A stretch of 64,000 nucleotides of DNA, taken from Epiperipatus broadwayi (taxonomy: Eukaryota > Animalia > Onychophora). Each line of letters starts with the position of its first letter. Position 1 is the stretch's first letter. The translations under genes were made by a program, and so were the position numbers. Shown here piece by piece: positions 11,160 to 23,861 of this stretch. Below the pieces are notes generated by a model, which searched no databases, was not told the DNA's origin, and saw only the letters and a program-made list of their open reading frames with translations. Location of the stretch: contig JAQFVV010000005.1 of NCBI GenBank assembly GCA_028023455.1, forward strand, positions 21,762,001 through 21,826,000, given 5' to 3'.

Positions 11160-12340
11160 ATGATTAAATTTCTTTTTACTTAAGCAAGGAATTTAATATG
11201 GTACATAAGCAATTATGTGCTGGAATACGAGGCCAAGTGCGTACTAATGCTGTCGCTAGATGGCAATAAGATATAAAAACAATATTTTGTTTGTGTTCTC
11301 GAAAGCATGTAACTAAAATATTAAAAAATATATTGCACTAATTGCAATTTTTCTTCTATATTATTAAACGTAAATAAATATTTTATTAAAATATATTAGA
11401 AATATTTTATAAAAATATATGTTGTTATTATTCAGTCTAATCTTTACATAAATTAATAACTTATGGATTCTTTATTTTTGGATATTTACAAATTTATAGT
11501 ACACTTTTTTAAATTTATTAAATTTTAATTACGTTCACTTTCAGCATTTTAATAATTATTCGAAACTAAAATATTAATTGTGAAATGACATATTTATTTT
11601 TTTTATTAGCTTTTTCGATTAGTCTTTTTCGTCATCCTTTGACGTAACTAATGTGAGTTCGACTAATTTATTGGAGGTTGCTGACCGTGGTGGTTTTTAT
11701 TATGTGAGTTTATCTTTACTTTTTACTTTAAATAACTAGCTTATTTTGATTTATGAAGTGCTTTTCAACAGATTTTATATAACGGTCTTGTCGCAAATTT
11801 TCTATCTTATAAATTAATTTTCGGTTGTTACTGCCATTCGCTCTATCCGTTTTTTTTTTTTTTAATTTATGCTTTGGCCAATTCTTTGCAGCTTCATGCA
11901 TGAAATGTTTTTTAATGTATTGCTCATGTTTTGTTTCATTTAGTTTTATATCATTTGATTTTATTCGTAATTGTGCACATGCGATTTAATTTATACCGGC
12001 TTTGCATTGTACCGTAAGTGCTCTGAGTAATCTTATTTATTAAAATAATTTACAATATATATGTGGTACAATCACAATTTATATGTATGAGAGTATTTAT
12101 TGATTGTAAATATTTACATTGTCTTCACCCTTTCCTCTTCATGCTATATGATTTTACTTCCGCTTCAATTGATCTTACGAAATATTATTCCTCATGATTG
12201 TAGTGAGGAGTATGCGTAATTATACAAGTTTCATAATATTTATCAACTAAATCTTTGTTAGACTTACGCATTTAAGTTCGTGGAGTATTTAGATATTACT
12301 TGTCGATATATTAATTATTTTATCTTTACTATAGTTCAGG
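11160..12340. promoter_or_regulatory. Probable divergent promoter zone: flotillin-2 5' UTR leftward, unknown plus-strand gene rightward
   Basis: Locally CpG-richer patches, ACTTCCG (ETS-like) motif near 12156, plus-strand donors at ~11653, ~11704 and CAG|GTAAAA at 12340. Confidence 0.45.
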
Positions 12341-12750
12341 TAAAATTTATTTCAAATATTTGTTTTATTATTTTAAAAGTAAAGAATTTGTGTGGCGAAA
12401 GTGCTAATGGTTTATGCATTATATATATATAGGGTGAAATAGTTATTTAAATTTCCGTTATTTTCTAAAAGTAATGTTGTCGGTATTTAAATTAATTTTA
12501 AAGATTTAATTTGGGGATTTGGAAAATTAGTATAAAAATAATAAAATTAAAAACATTTTTCATTTGTAATTGGCACTGGTGGATTTATTAATACGCTACG
12601 TAAGCAGTGCCTTAAATATTGGGCAACTTTTACCCCGTACAATTTGGTGCATTTTGTTATAGGATTAAAACTAATATAATCATCTTAAAAAAAAGTAATA
12701 TTTATGAAACGAATGGATTAGTCAATCAGAGCATTGATTAAATGTTAATA

Positions 12751-12815
12751 CCCGTGGTAAGTTTATTAGCGCATCCGCTTGGCATGTTTTCATCCCGGGC
12801 TTCGAATCCAGTTGA
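12751..12815 (+). repeat. Degenerate tRNA-like (SINE-head-like) sequence
   Basis: B-box-like CCCGGGCTTCGAATCC and Ala-like loop TTGGCAT; the cloverleaf stems do not pair. Confidence 0.3.
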
Positions 12816-14134
12816 AATTTGGCATTTTGACTTATATCCCTAGCAGGCTTAAGAATTTTATTATATAGTAAATGAATGTTTTATTAATCTTTTAAATTTT
12901 GTCTTCTCCATAACTTTTTCTATAAAGCTTTCTGAAGATGTCATTTCTTTACTAGTATGTTATTTTCAAATTGTTTTATCATTTGTTAATTATATGAAAA
13001 TGAAAGGTACAAAACATTTATACTTTTTTAGTTATAAAATATCTTTTTTTTAAAAAAAAAAAAAAAAAGATCATTATTGTTTTGAGACATGGAGTCTTAA
13101 TTGTGCGATTATTTGTTCATTTGATAAGATGTGACCATATTTTTCCTTTATTCCCTTATCTACACCCAGTGAAATATATATATATATTACAAGATACATG
13201 TATACATTTATCTCTTAATAATGGGGGGGGGGGCTCAAATATCAGTTATAGATAGAATAGTCCTTATAATTTAAATTTTTAGTTGTATTTGCTTTACTTA
13301 TCATTTTGTATATTTATTTTTCAATTCAAATTTATGAATATATTAATGATCAAATATCATTGCTTAGTTATAATATTCTGTTGCCTAATAACTCTTTCAG
13401 GCAGAAAACTAATGTAATTCATGCATGCATTTTTTAAAAAGTGGTGTGTATATTGTATACATATTGTCTGGTACAAAGCAATTTGGAGTAATTCATTATT
13501 AAAATGTAGTCAAGCAATAACACTGAATCATTCTCATTAGTAGTTTGCTATTGCTTATATCGACACTTCACACTATTTGTTATAACAGCCTAATATTTAG
13601 AGTTACATCTTGCACTTTTATCAGAGGGATTTTAACTCAGACTTTCAAGCTCCTTTCAGTCATTCATACAACCGATACACGTGCTCACATACTACTTTTA
13701 ATGTATTCTTTGCCTCATTATTATCTGTCTTAATGAACAAGGGCTTGAAATGCTACAGCAAATTAATCGAATGACAAACATTAGCAATCTACTAATTATA
13801 ATGGACCTTTGTGGTTATAGTGCCTATTGTCTGAATATCCCAATTTGTCTTTGGAAAAAGAATATATCCAATCAAAAAGTTAGAGCATGTTTGACTTGTT
13901 ATTTTAAAAAATTATTATTTCCTCCCCCCTCCCCCTATATTTTTTTTACAGTATAATAGTGATATTTTTATTTAAAAAAAAGGCATTGAGAGTTCATAAG
14001 AAGCTCAAGTACCAGGACCGATACTGTCACCTCCCAAGTCAGATACTATCAAATGCACCAAATCATGCATAGGTATATTTTATATGTGAGCTATGAGATA
14101 TTAGGTAGTCTAAACAACAATGATATCATTTTTT

Positions 14135-14669
14135 ATAAGTAAATAAGCATTTATTTTTATATGACTCTATGCATACAATTGTATTACATTCAAAGATTAG
14201 CCTTTCAAGCTAATTGTGCATGCGTCTTCTGCGAGTGCTAAATAATAAATGAATACTTCACTCTACAATACAAGATATAGTATTTATGCAGGAATAAAAG
14301 GAATCTCTTATTCCTATGACTCAAATTCTTTTATATGAGCAAATCTGAAGTACTGTTGAGTAAAGCGTGAGAGTAGAATTCTCACTTTAAATTACTATCT
14401 ACGATGTTGGAATGAATGACGTCGGTGAAATTGTCTAGAATTTACTAAACGTCACTCTAAGTGAAAATCATAAGTAAATAAGCATTTATTTTTATATGAC
14501 GCTATGCATACAATTGTATTACATTCAGATTTGCTCATATAAAAGAATTTGAGTCGTAGGAATAAGAGGATTCCTTTTATTCCTGCATAAATACTATATC
14601 TTGTATTGTAGAGTGAAGTATTCATTTATTATTTAACACTCGCAGAAGACGCATGCACAATAATCTTTG
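14135..14669 (-). mobile_element. Foldback insertion of a 334-bp unit (family E), no intact ribozyme found
   Basis: Direct repeat 14135-14190 / 14469-14526, inverted arms ~14187-14349 / 14523-14671, 16-bp TSD AATGATATCATTTTTT at 14119 and 14670. Confidence 0.8.
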
Positions 14670-16811
14670 AATGATATCATTTTTTGTAGTCTTTCTGATT
14701 ACTTCTTCATTGATTTGAGTTTTATTCAAACTATTTATAGATCTTATAAAGAATACGGTCTTGTTTCCTATCTAGAAAAATGTTTTATGAATTCTGAACT
14801 GCTTGTCAGCAAAATACTATAATGAGATAATACTTTTTTTTATCACTGTTGATAGTATACAATCATTTGCAGCTTCTTGGGATTTTTCTTTTTTTTGTCA
14901 GAATCATTGTCTTAAATTATGGGCAGCAATATTTAGATTGCAAATTATAATCATTAGAGCATTGCAGACAGTTAGGAACTTAAGATATCTGTTTCATCAC
15001 TGGTGAATATGTTTGTTTTCTGCATTGTTTTAAATTATATGAAAAATTATAAACTCACATATATATAAAATAACCCCAATTCAAAACTAAATCAAACCAG
15101 CCAAAGAAAATTAAACTCTAAAACACAATCATTGGTTTCACAGTTACAAGCAAGACTTCTCAAATGTAAAGGACTAAAACTTATCAACAAATATATATAT
15201 ATGGCTTTTTTTTTTCTTTATTGAAAATATCTGTACATTCATTTGAGATATTTAACAAATTAGATTGTGACATGCTTTTCTATGTGTATAATATACATAT
15301 ACAAATAAAGATTGTAGTTTAACCAAAATTTTAAATAATAAATAATAATAGTTATTAATAATAAATGTACATATATTTTTGCTATGTGTATGTGTTCGAG
15401 TTCATTCAAAAAATGGGGAAAAAGTTAATAACTTGCTTTATCATATCTTTATTTTTTTTCGAATAAAATAATTATGAATTTTCAGATTCTCATCACAATA
15501 TAAACATGCTCTGCATGATATTTCTTTTAAGAATTTTTTATTTTTCCTATTGAAATTATTAGTAGCAGTCTCATTATTAACAAATAATGGCCTTTCTAAT
15601 TGTTTTAATGTTTTTACGTCTATATTAGTTGCGGAATTTATACTATCATCTTTACTTGCCATTGCACATTTTAGATTCTTGGTTAAATTCTTCAAATGTT
15701 AAGCTTTTTAACACAATACAAGAATATTTTACAATCCTTATTTTTTGGCATTACTATAGTAATAACTTTCATTTTATTGCTTAAGAAAAATAATTTACAA
15801 ATTTTATTAAATTTCATAATGCTTGTAGCTTTACATTTAGAAAACATTTTATTGCAGAATACTGCATCACATCAAAGTGAATAATAAAATGAATTTGCTT
15901 TCAACTTAACTCGAAAAAACATTATTAATAAATGTGGTCATGCATACTTACTCCTAGGTGAAAAATGACTTGCTATATCGTAAATTTTTTAAATTTACAA
16001 ATATTAGTGGTTAAAGTTTTTTGTTTGTTCACAATTTGGGGGGGGGGGGGTATTTAAAAATTAAAATCGTAAGTTATTTGATAAAAATCATTTGTAATTA
16101 AAAGTCAATGTTTACTACATTTGAATGCTTAGTCCATTAAGTAAAAAAAAAAATAGTTGCAAACAAATTTTGGTTGAAGCATTCAGTTGATAAGGCTTTA
16201 TTTTGAATATATAAAAGGAATATAAAACATTCTTTTGATGATTTTGCAAAGAGGAAGCTATAAAGCATTGGGTGGGTGCTCATGTTGATTATTTCTCAAA
16301 AGAACAGCTGAAAAGGGAATAAATTGTAAATGTTATTCAGATAATAGTAGTTTATGGTAGTTTTACAATTTAGCGACAATTTATTCAAGTTTCATTGTTA
16401 TAGACTTGCTGTTTACTAAGGAAAAAAAGTATAAATCATAAATAAACATGCTATATTTTCTTATTGTTTAAATTTTGCTAGTAAAAATAATGATGGCTTA
16501 GAAGCTTAAAATCACTGTAACCCTTCATTCATTTTTTGTTGTTGTTGTTGTTGTTGTTTTGGCAGAGCTGTATTTGGAGATGATTAAACTGAAATTAGAA
16601 ATTAAAAGAATTTGCAGTGGAAATTTTTTAAAAATAAATAATTATGTAAAATACATCAATAGAAATATATTTTGTAAATTTAATATTTTTCACTCGTTTG
16701 GAAGTGAAAATATTAGAAACCTTTAATATTATTTTTGTATGTTTAACGAGTTTACATTTTCTAGATTCTAAATAGATAATTGATGTATCATTTTAAATTC
16801 TTATAATAATT

Positions 16812-17357
16812 AAACAAAGAGCTTTGCTAATTGCTCAACAAGCTTTGTGATAAATACTAACCAAGAGAAAGCATTTAAAATATCTCTATCAGAAACTACA
16901 CCCAATCCCCTGACCAATGGTTTCATGCTTTGGCACTCCTCAGAGAGGCACTAGGGTAATTTCAGAAACTAGATCTAAAAATACCAACCCAAAGCCAGCA
17001 TTTATTTAAGAATTAACCATCGAGTAGAAAATCTGAAATTTTCAGACACTTAAATATCTTCAAACCCAGCTATCTAACTCAAATAGCTATATGGGGCTGA
17101 GAGATCTTCAGCCAAACCATATATTAGTAGTCTTAGCAATATAATATCACTTAAGACTTAAAGCAAAGACTATGAATAGTCAATAAAAAATAAGAGTCAT
17201 ATATCACATGATCCCATTTCTTTTTTTAAGCTTGTAAAATGTAAACAAAGAGCTTTGCTAATTGCTTGTTGAGTAATTAACAAAACTCTTGTTTACATTT
17301 TACAAGCTTAAAAAAAAAGGAATGGGGTCATGTGATATATGACTTTTTTTTTTTTTA
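16812..17357 (+). mobile_element. Family B hammerhead retrozyme-like insertion (minus-sense monomer plus short plus-sense arm with tail)
   Basis: Direct repeat AAACAAAGAGCTTTGCTAATTGCT at 16812 and 17243 (431-bp unit), ~65-bp terminal hairpin 17187-17343, TSD TCTTATAATAATT / TCTTATTATAATT. Confidence 0.85.
16907..16948 (-). ncRNA. Type I hammerhead ribozyme (family B)
   Basis: Minus strand CCTCT-CTGAGGA-GTGC-CAAA-GCAT-GAAAC-CATTG-GTC-AGGGG; predicted cleavage between 16912 and 16911. Confidence 0.88.
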
Positions 17358-18559
17358 TCTTATTATAATTATTTTCATGTAAACTTAGTGAGATCTAGCT
17401 TATTATTTAATTAATAAGACTTTGGATATTAGAAATTAGGGTGTATTATTATTGATGATTGAGCTGACAGTTTTCTGTTCAATGAATTTCATGTGAAACA
17501 GTTTTATGAGATAAATGTGAATGGGTTACCCTCATTCTGGATTTAAACTTTTAAAGTAATATGTGTTTCCATAATAAGTGAAATATTGCAGTTGATTTTG
17601 TTCAGCTGTCAGTTATTTAATTTTCCAAGTCCTCTGTATTGCTTTTCTCTCACTAAATGGTTTATATATTCTTTTTAGTATATTAAAGTACATAAGTTTT
17701 TACCAGAATAATTGTATGATATGTCATTGTAATTATATATGCAAGACACAACTAGTGTTAGATCATAAGGAAATGTCGAATGATATGATAATGATTAGAT
17801 GTTTAAATGAACTAAGGGGTTGGATTATGATCTTTTAAAATATCTTATATGGAAATAATTTAAACTAGTGATTAAATCCTATATATTTTAAATTAATATA
17901 TTAAATACAATGCTGAATAAGTAGAAGTGATTCTCTTAAAACCCTAGCTATATATCATTAGTCCTAATATTAATCCTTGCTAACAAAAATGAATTTACTT
18001 TCGCTTGCAATCCATATAAAATCTTGGTCACAAATGAAAGAAAATTCATTTTTTATTTGCAAGATTGTTTATTTTGATGCTAGAGAGAAATTATATTAAA
18101 ATAAACACATTACTTTTGTTTTCAATTAAATTACATTTTTAGTAAAATGATTAGATCACATATCTAAAATTTCTATTTCAAATCTATATTAAATCATGAT
18201 TGTTATTTTATTGATTTTTAGAGTAGTAACTGAGTCATAAATTTCCTCTTAAAGTGTTGGCTATATATTAAAAACCTCTTCATTGGCAAAGCAGCCATAT
18301 TGAATATTTAAAAAATTATGTTAAGTCACAAATTTTATCATAACTTAAGTTCATATTATTAAAAAATGACATAATATATATTGTTTGAAATGTAAAGCAC
18401 CAAAGAATGTAATTAAGCTGAAAAAAATATTCAAAGTAATAAAAAAAGGATAAAATTTTAATATTACTAATAATTATTTTCATATTATTTCATAAATTCT
18501 AAATTTTTATGAATACATTTTAAAATTATATTTTTGTTAGTAGATTAGTTGCATTCATC

Positions 18560-19110
18560 ATTAAATTTCTAATAAATTGATACATAATAACACTTGCCCA
18601 AGGTAATCCATCACTTGAACACTTCGTACAATAAAGATATTGGTACCTTTCATTTTTCCTAGTAGCCCTTCAAAATGTTTTTCCATACAGGCATTTGCAA
18701 TGAATATGTCCTCCCAAATAACATTCCTAATAACAACTAGTTAATATTGATCAATAATTAGTATAATTTGAATATTATAATAAAGAACTTCAATAAAGTT
18801 TGTAATTTATTAAAAATTACTTACTAAAATAGTCACTATATACAAAATAAAATAATAAAACAATAAAAAGTGAATGAAATTACTAAATTCATTATAGTTA
18901 AGCTTGAGGTACATAAGTTAGTAGTTTAGAGTCAGTGCAATGTAGTATTATTTATGCTACCTTTATAAGTTTTGAGGGCTCATTGCTTCGTGCTACTATG
19001 ACCAGTAAATTTAGTAATAGCTTCATCAACTGCCACCTTGATATATTGCTTTGAAATTTGCATTCCAGTAGTCTATAATCAGCCTAAGTTTATATGCTGT
19101 CAAAATCTAT
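18560..19110 (-). mobile_element. Internally deleted piggyBac transposase remnant
   Basis: YKLRLIIDYWNANFKAIY and VAVDEAITKFTGHSSTKQ resemble the piggyBac DDD core; downstream C..C...YLYCTKCS resembles the C-terminal cysteine-rich domain. Stops and frameshifts. Confidence 0.65.
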
Positions 19111-19525
19111 TTTTGGCATTGGCATATTTTTATTATTATTAAAATGCAGACAAGACATTATAGAAAAAAAATCTGAATCGGGTCATAATATTTGCAAAAT
19201 ATATGTCTTTGTCTCATATCGGAACTCCAGATATCACATGATCACCATTTCTTATGCTTGCTCATAACTGTTATTAAAATACTATACAGAGTTTTTGCCT
19301 GCTTTAATAACTCCAGATATCATTTAATTCATATACTGGACATCTGGACCCAAACCCACATCATACCAAAAAAAATGCAGATAATTCATGATATAAATTT
19401 ACACAATCAAGAGCTATTTTTTTTTGATCAGCGTATACATTAGTTTCAATAATAATTTTTTCGTATATTTTTTTATCAAATATAAAATTCAAATAATTAA
19501 AAAATATATAAAATTAAATACTTAC

Positions 19526-19800
19526 CACTGGAAAACCTTCTGCTTCCAGTAATGTTCATTCATTATACAAACTAAGTAGATTGGTAAAATCCTGCATTTT
19601 TTCCAATGTAAATTTCAGGGCAAATCCAATTCCGTCAAAAATGAAAAAACTGAGAAAAGACAAAAAAATTCAATTTACTTGATCATAAAATTTTTAATTT
19701 TTATCGTAGAAAAATGAAACTTACCTTTTCTGAAACTAGAAAAAAAATGGAAACAAATATGTAAAAAACGCATGCATAGATTTCCGGTAGTTTTAAACTG
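19526..19800 (-). other. Candidate first two exons (~19800-19725 and 19649-19526) of an unidentified minus-strand transcript
   Basis: Strong donors AAG|GTAAG (19724) and TG|GTAAG (19525), acceptor TCTTTTCTCAG (19650), 75-nt intron, CpG-richer upstream region. No recognisable protein. Confidence 0.45.
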
Positions 19801-19871
19801 AAAACGGATGTTGCAAATTTGAAAATTCAAGAATGCATTGTGCAAGCGCAACTATGAAGAAATTAGCAGTA

Positions 19872-20610
19872 CAGAAGATAGGGGGTTAATCAGGGAGAAT
19901 CTGGGGTTACAAGGTCCCACAATTGGATAACCATTTGAATCTATTTAGAAAATTTTGGGGTTAATATGTGGAGAGTCTGAGGTTATAAAGTTCCACACTC
20001 TGGTAGCCATTGTAACAGTACACCACATTAGGGCTGAATTATGAGGAGATGGGAAACACCATCATCCCCAAATAAACAAAATATAAAATTAAATATAAAA
20101 GGATTGATAATAAATACAATGAGCATGAGAGATCAGCAAAGAACTAATTATAAGTTCTCCAGCATTACACAAAAGTAATAATCATTCATCATCATGAATG
20201 ATCAACAATAAAAATAAATCAACAATCAATCTTGTGACTGGATTTGAAAGTAGTCCACTACACTTTAGATCAGGCTTATTATCTAGCCCACTTCTAAACC
20301 TAGGGCAGGAATACAAACAATAATTATCTGGATGGTGCTATTCCATCAAAAAAAAACAATAAGTTAAATAATGCTGAGATACTAAAAACATCCTGGCCAT
20401 CATCAATGCTCTGGTTACTTTATATCATTAATGTACTGACCAACTATAAACTAAATTTCTAAAGACATAAATAAAATGAAATGTATTGCATGGACTTTAA
20501 AGGATATCGTTCTGCATCAGCTAGGATCATCTGAATGCCATAACACTAAACAAAATCTCCCAATCTATGTAACTTATATACAAATCTTGTTCAGGAGGCA
20601 AGAACTCAGT
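19872..20610 (+). repeat. Family C interspersed repeat, copy 1 (with ~80-bp internal tandem duplication at its left end)
   Basis: Alignable by eye to the reverse complement of 22345-23015. Confidence 0.75.
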
Positions 20611-21436
20611 AAACTATTACTGTGAGCAAGAGATAAATAAATAAAGAAGATAATAAAAAGAGAGACCAACAAAGAAGAAGATAAAGAGAAGCGGATAGAA
20701 AAAAAGAAGACCCAAGTGTCTGGTAAGAAGTAGATATTCCTAACTCAATTGTTGAAGAGAATAGTCAAGTCTTAATCTCAGCTGCCAAAGAAGAAACAAG
20801 CAGAAGTCTTATTTAACCGTTGCATAGAATGGCAGAAGTTTTAACCAAGCTTTTAGCATACTATGAGTTTAATTATAAAAATGGTTTCTACAATGAAAGC
20901 CATGTGCTAAACTCAGCTAAAAGCTAGACATCATCTTCCTCCGTGTAACTGGCCTTCACTGGAATAAAATTTAGAGAAGTTATTCTATAAAGTAATCTGC
21001 AATCTTCTCTTCAACTAAAAGCATGAGTCTATGTGTATTAGACCTGGGAAATTTATTAATAGAAAATGAATAAAATTTTGCTATTGTTAATAAATGAAAT
21101 ACTGCACACCAGGAAAAGGATAAAATAATCATGTTTATGTGTAGAAGTCTTCAAGAAGAAAACAATTGGAAAAAATGGAAATTATAATTGGGAAGGACTC
21201 CACTGAAAAATAAAATCATGATTAAGGGTATTTTTTGTGTGCAAAATATATATTTTATTAATGGTAAAAAAAAAAAAAAATTATATAAAAGTAATATATA
21301 TATATTTTGTAAGAATTGATAAATTTAAATATTTTCAGTAAGTTAATGTTTTCAAATTGTGAAACTTTTTTTTAATCCATTCAATTTTCTCTTAAAATTA
21401 TGAGGGTTTTTTTTTAAACTTATTTTTTTTTTTTTT

Positions 21437-21961
21437 GTGAAACATGTTTTTCACAAAGCTTGTTGAGCAATTGCAAATGCTCATTGTTTATATCTTACAA
21501 GCTTAAGAGAATGGGTCATGTGATCTATGACTCTTATTTTGACTATTTATAGTCTCTGCCTTAAGTCTTATGCCATGATATATCACTAAGACTACTAATA
21601 TATGGTATGACTGAATATCTCTTAACCCCATATAGCTATTTGAGTTGGATAGCTGAGTTTGAAGACATGTGTCTGAAAATTTCAGATTTTCCACTTAATA
21701 GATAACTTTTAGATAAATGCTGGCTTTGGGTTGGTATTTTTAGATCTAGTGTCTGAAGCTATCCTAGCACCTCTCTGAGGAGTGCCAAAGCATGAAACCA
21801 TTGTCAGAGGTTGTTGGGGGAGGGGGTCCTGACAGATATTTTAAATGCTTTCTCTGGCTAAGCATTTATCACAAAGCTTGTTGAGCAATTGGTAAATGCT
21901 CATTGTTTATATCTTACAAGCTTAAGAGAGTTGGGTCATGTGATCTATAACTCTTATTTTG
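21437..21961 (+). mobile_element. Family B hammerhead retrozyme-like insertion (monomer plus ~90-bp terminal redundancy)
   Basis: Direct repeats at 21451-21541 and 21869-21961 (418-bp unit); micro-foldback TTGTGAAA/TTTCACAA at the 5' end. TSD not resolved in the T-rich flanks. Confidence 0.85.
21770..21810 (+). ncRNA. Type I hammerhead ribozyme (family B)
   Basis: CCTCT-CTGAGGA-GTGC-CAAA-GCAT-GAAAC-CATT-GTC-AGAGG; perfect stem I; predicted cleavage after C21805. Confidence 0.9.
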
Positions 21962-22344
21962 CCTATATTTTTTCTTATCTTTGATTTATTTTTTTCTATC
22001 ATAAAACTTGTGATTTTTGATTTTTTGGAAAATGTTGTTTTTCCATCTCTTAGTTATTTTAAAGAATAACTTAATGATTAAAAGTTAATTTAATGAATTG
22101 GAATCAACTGGTTAATTAATATAATTTTTACAAAGTATTTATTTTTTTGATGAAATGAATGTTTAAAATTTCAAACTATCCTGTCAATTTCTTTTATTTA
22201 TTGTTAATTAGTTATTAAATAACTGCTTTAAAATATTTTTTAGTCTTTCCACCTCCTTACTTATAATAGGATAAACCTATGAATTATTTAAAGTGATTTA
22301 GAATAAACTGCTTTATTTATTTATCTTTTTCTTACTGTAATAGT

Positions 22345-23015
22345 CTATAGAATTCTTGCTTCTTGAGCTAGATTAGAGCATAAGTTAGTAATATGGATTA
22401 GGGGTTTAGATTCATGTTTGGACTTCAGATAACCTGGATGGTGCAAAGGTATATCCGTTATAGTCTAGGCACTACATTTTATTTATTATTAATTAGAAAT
22501 TAAGTTTATAGTTGGCCAGTACATTAATGGTACTTTATGTTCAGAGCATTGATGATGATCAGCATGTTTTATTATCTCAGCATTATTTGATTTTTTTGAG
22601 TGATGGATTAGCACCTGAGTCTGTGCATCCATATTATTGTGTTGTACTGCTGCCTTAAGTTTGGCAATGGTAAATAATTAGCCGGGTCAACAGTAGACCC
22701 ATTTCAAATCCAGTCACAAGGTTGACTGTTGATTTTTTTTTTTATTGTTGATCATTCATAATGAATGATTATTATTATTCTCTTTAATGCTGGGTAAACT
22801 TACAATTAGTTCTTTGCTGATATCTCAAACTCATTATATTTATTATTCCTTTTATATTTAATTTTATATTCTATTTATTGGGGATGATGATGGTTTCCCA
22901 TCTCTTCATAATTCAACCCTAATATGTCGTTCTATTACAAATGGCTACCCAATTGTGGGAAACTTGTAACTACAGAGTCTTCCTTATTAACCCTCTATTT
23001 TCCATATGGTTACAT
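22345..23015 (-). repeat. Family C interspersed repeat, copy 2 (inverted)
   Basis: Reverse complement of 19872-20610 with only one of the 80-bp subunits. Confidence 0.75.
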
Positions 23016-23129
23016 TATACTTTTTTAGATCTTTTAATAACTAAAATTAAATTAATTGTTATTTAAATCAGCATTTATTTATTTAGCATAGATTTTTTTT
23101 TAACAGCGTAACTATTAACAAAACATTAT

Positions 23130-23400
23130 AAACCTGTAGAGATATCAACCCGGTTACAATTACTAGTGGCTTTATCAAGTCCTTGAATTATGCCATTGTA
23201 GCGATTTTGTGTTGGCTCACATTTACATAGATCAGTGGCTGATAAATTCCACTTATGAAATAGGTGAGCGCAACGACCATGAGTTGTCCTGAATCTGTTG
23301 ATGAAACTCCAATTGCATCTAGGAAAATCAAATCCAGCTGACTTTGTTGTTGGATCTGAAAAAATAAATTTGTTAGAAGCATTGTAAGAATTCCAATTTT
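23130..23400 (-). mobile_element. 3' end of a Vingi/Ingi-like LINE ORF
   Basis: Minus strand DPTTKSAGFDFPRCNWSFINRFRTTHGRCAHLFHKWNLSATDLCKC resembles the DPT..PGFDLPR..W..LNR.RT..GRC...KW....C.C C-terminus of that group. Confidence 0.65.
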
Positions 23401-23861
23401 TTACACTTTAATTCTTTGATCATAGATTCTTGCTTTAATATCCAAAAGAAAGATCTTTATTTGAGATTTAATTGGTGATTTAAAGCTTTGTAATTATTAT
23501 TAAATTCTTCCATGAGTGTACTTAAGGTTTTTTCTTATGCATATTTTTATATCATGATATAAAGTGCCCTTCACATTTAAAAATATTTGCACTTTTTTTT
23601 TTGACCAAAGCATCAAAACTAGTAAAAATATCATCTTGAAGTAATTAGATATTGGTTTGTAAAGCAAATCATAGTATCCATAGAATATGAAACACATGAC
23701 ATTTATTAAAATCACTCACCAAATTTTTAAAAAATCATAGTGTGAAATGAAATTCAATATTTTGTCATCTTATCATATAAATAATTCTAATAATTTATTG
23801 GTGGGAGAGGGGTGGGTATTATTTTATCACATCTGCAAAATTTGTCACTGATCTTTTTTTT

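Noticed and set aside
14395-14442. TCTA-CGATG...GAAA-TT-GTC-TAGA hammerhead-like layout in family E
   Set aside because: CUGANGA is absent, stem II pairs poorly, and it is on the strand opposite the tail; a decayed relic cannot be excluded.
15441-15695. 84-aa minus-strand ORF as a small gene
   Set aside because: No recognisable motif; ORFs this long are expected by chance in a 64-kb six-frame scan.
16566-16587. Possible terminal exon AVFGDD*
   Set aside because: Six residues only, with no linkable upstream coding exons.
18597-18727. In-frame TGA within a Cys-rich peptide (selenoprotein or PHD-finger exon)
   Set aside because: Better explained as the decayed C-terminal domain of the adjacent piggyBac remnant.
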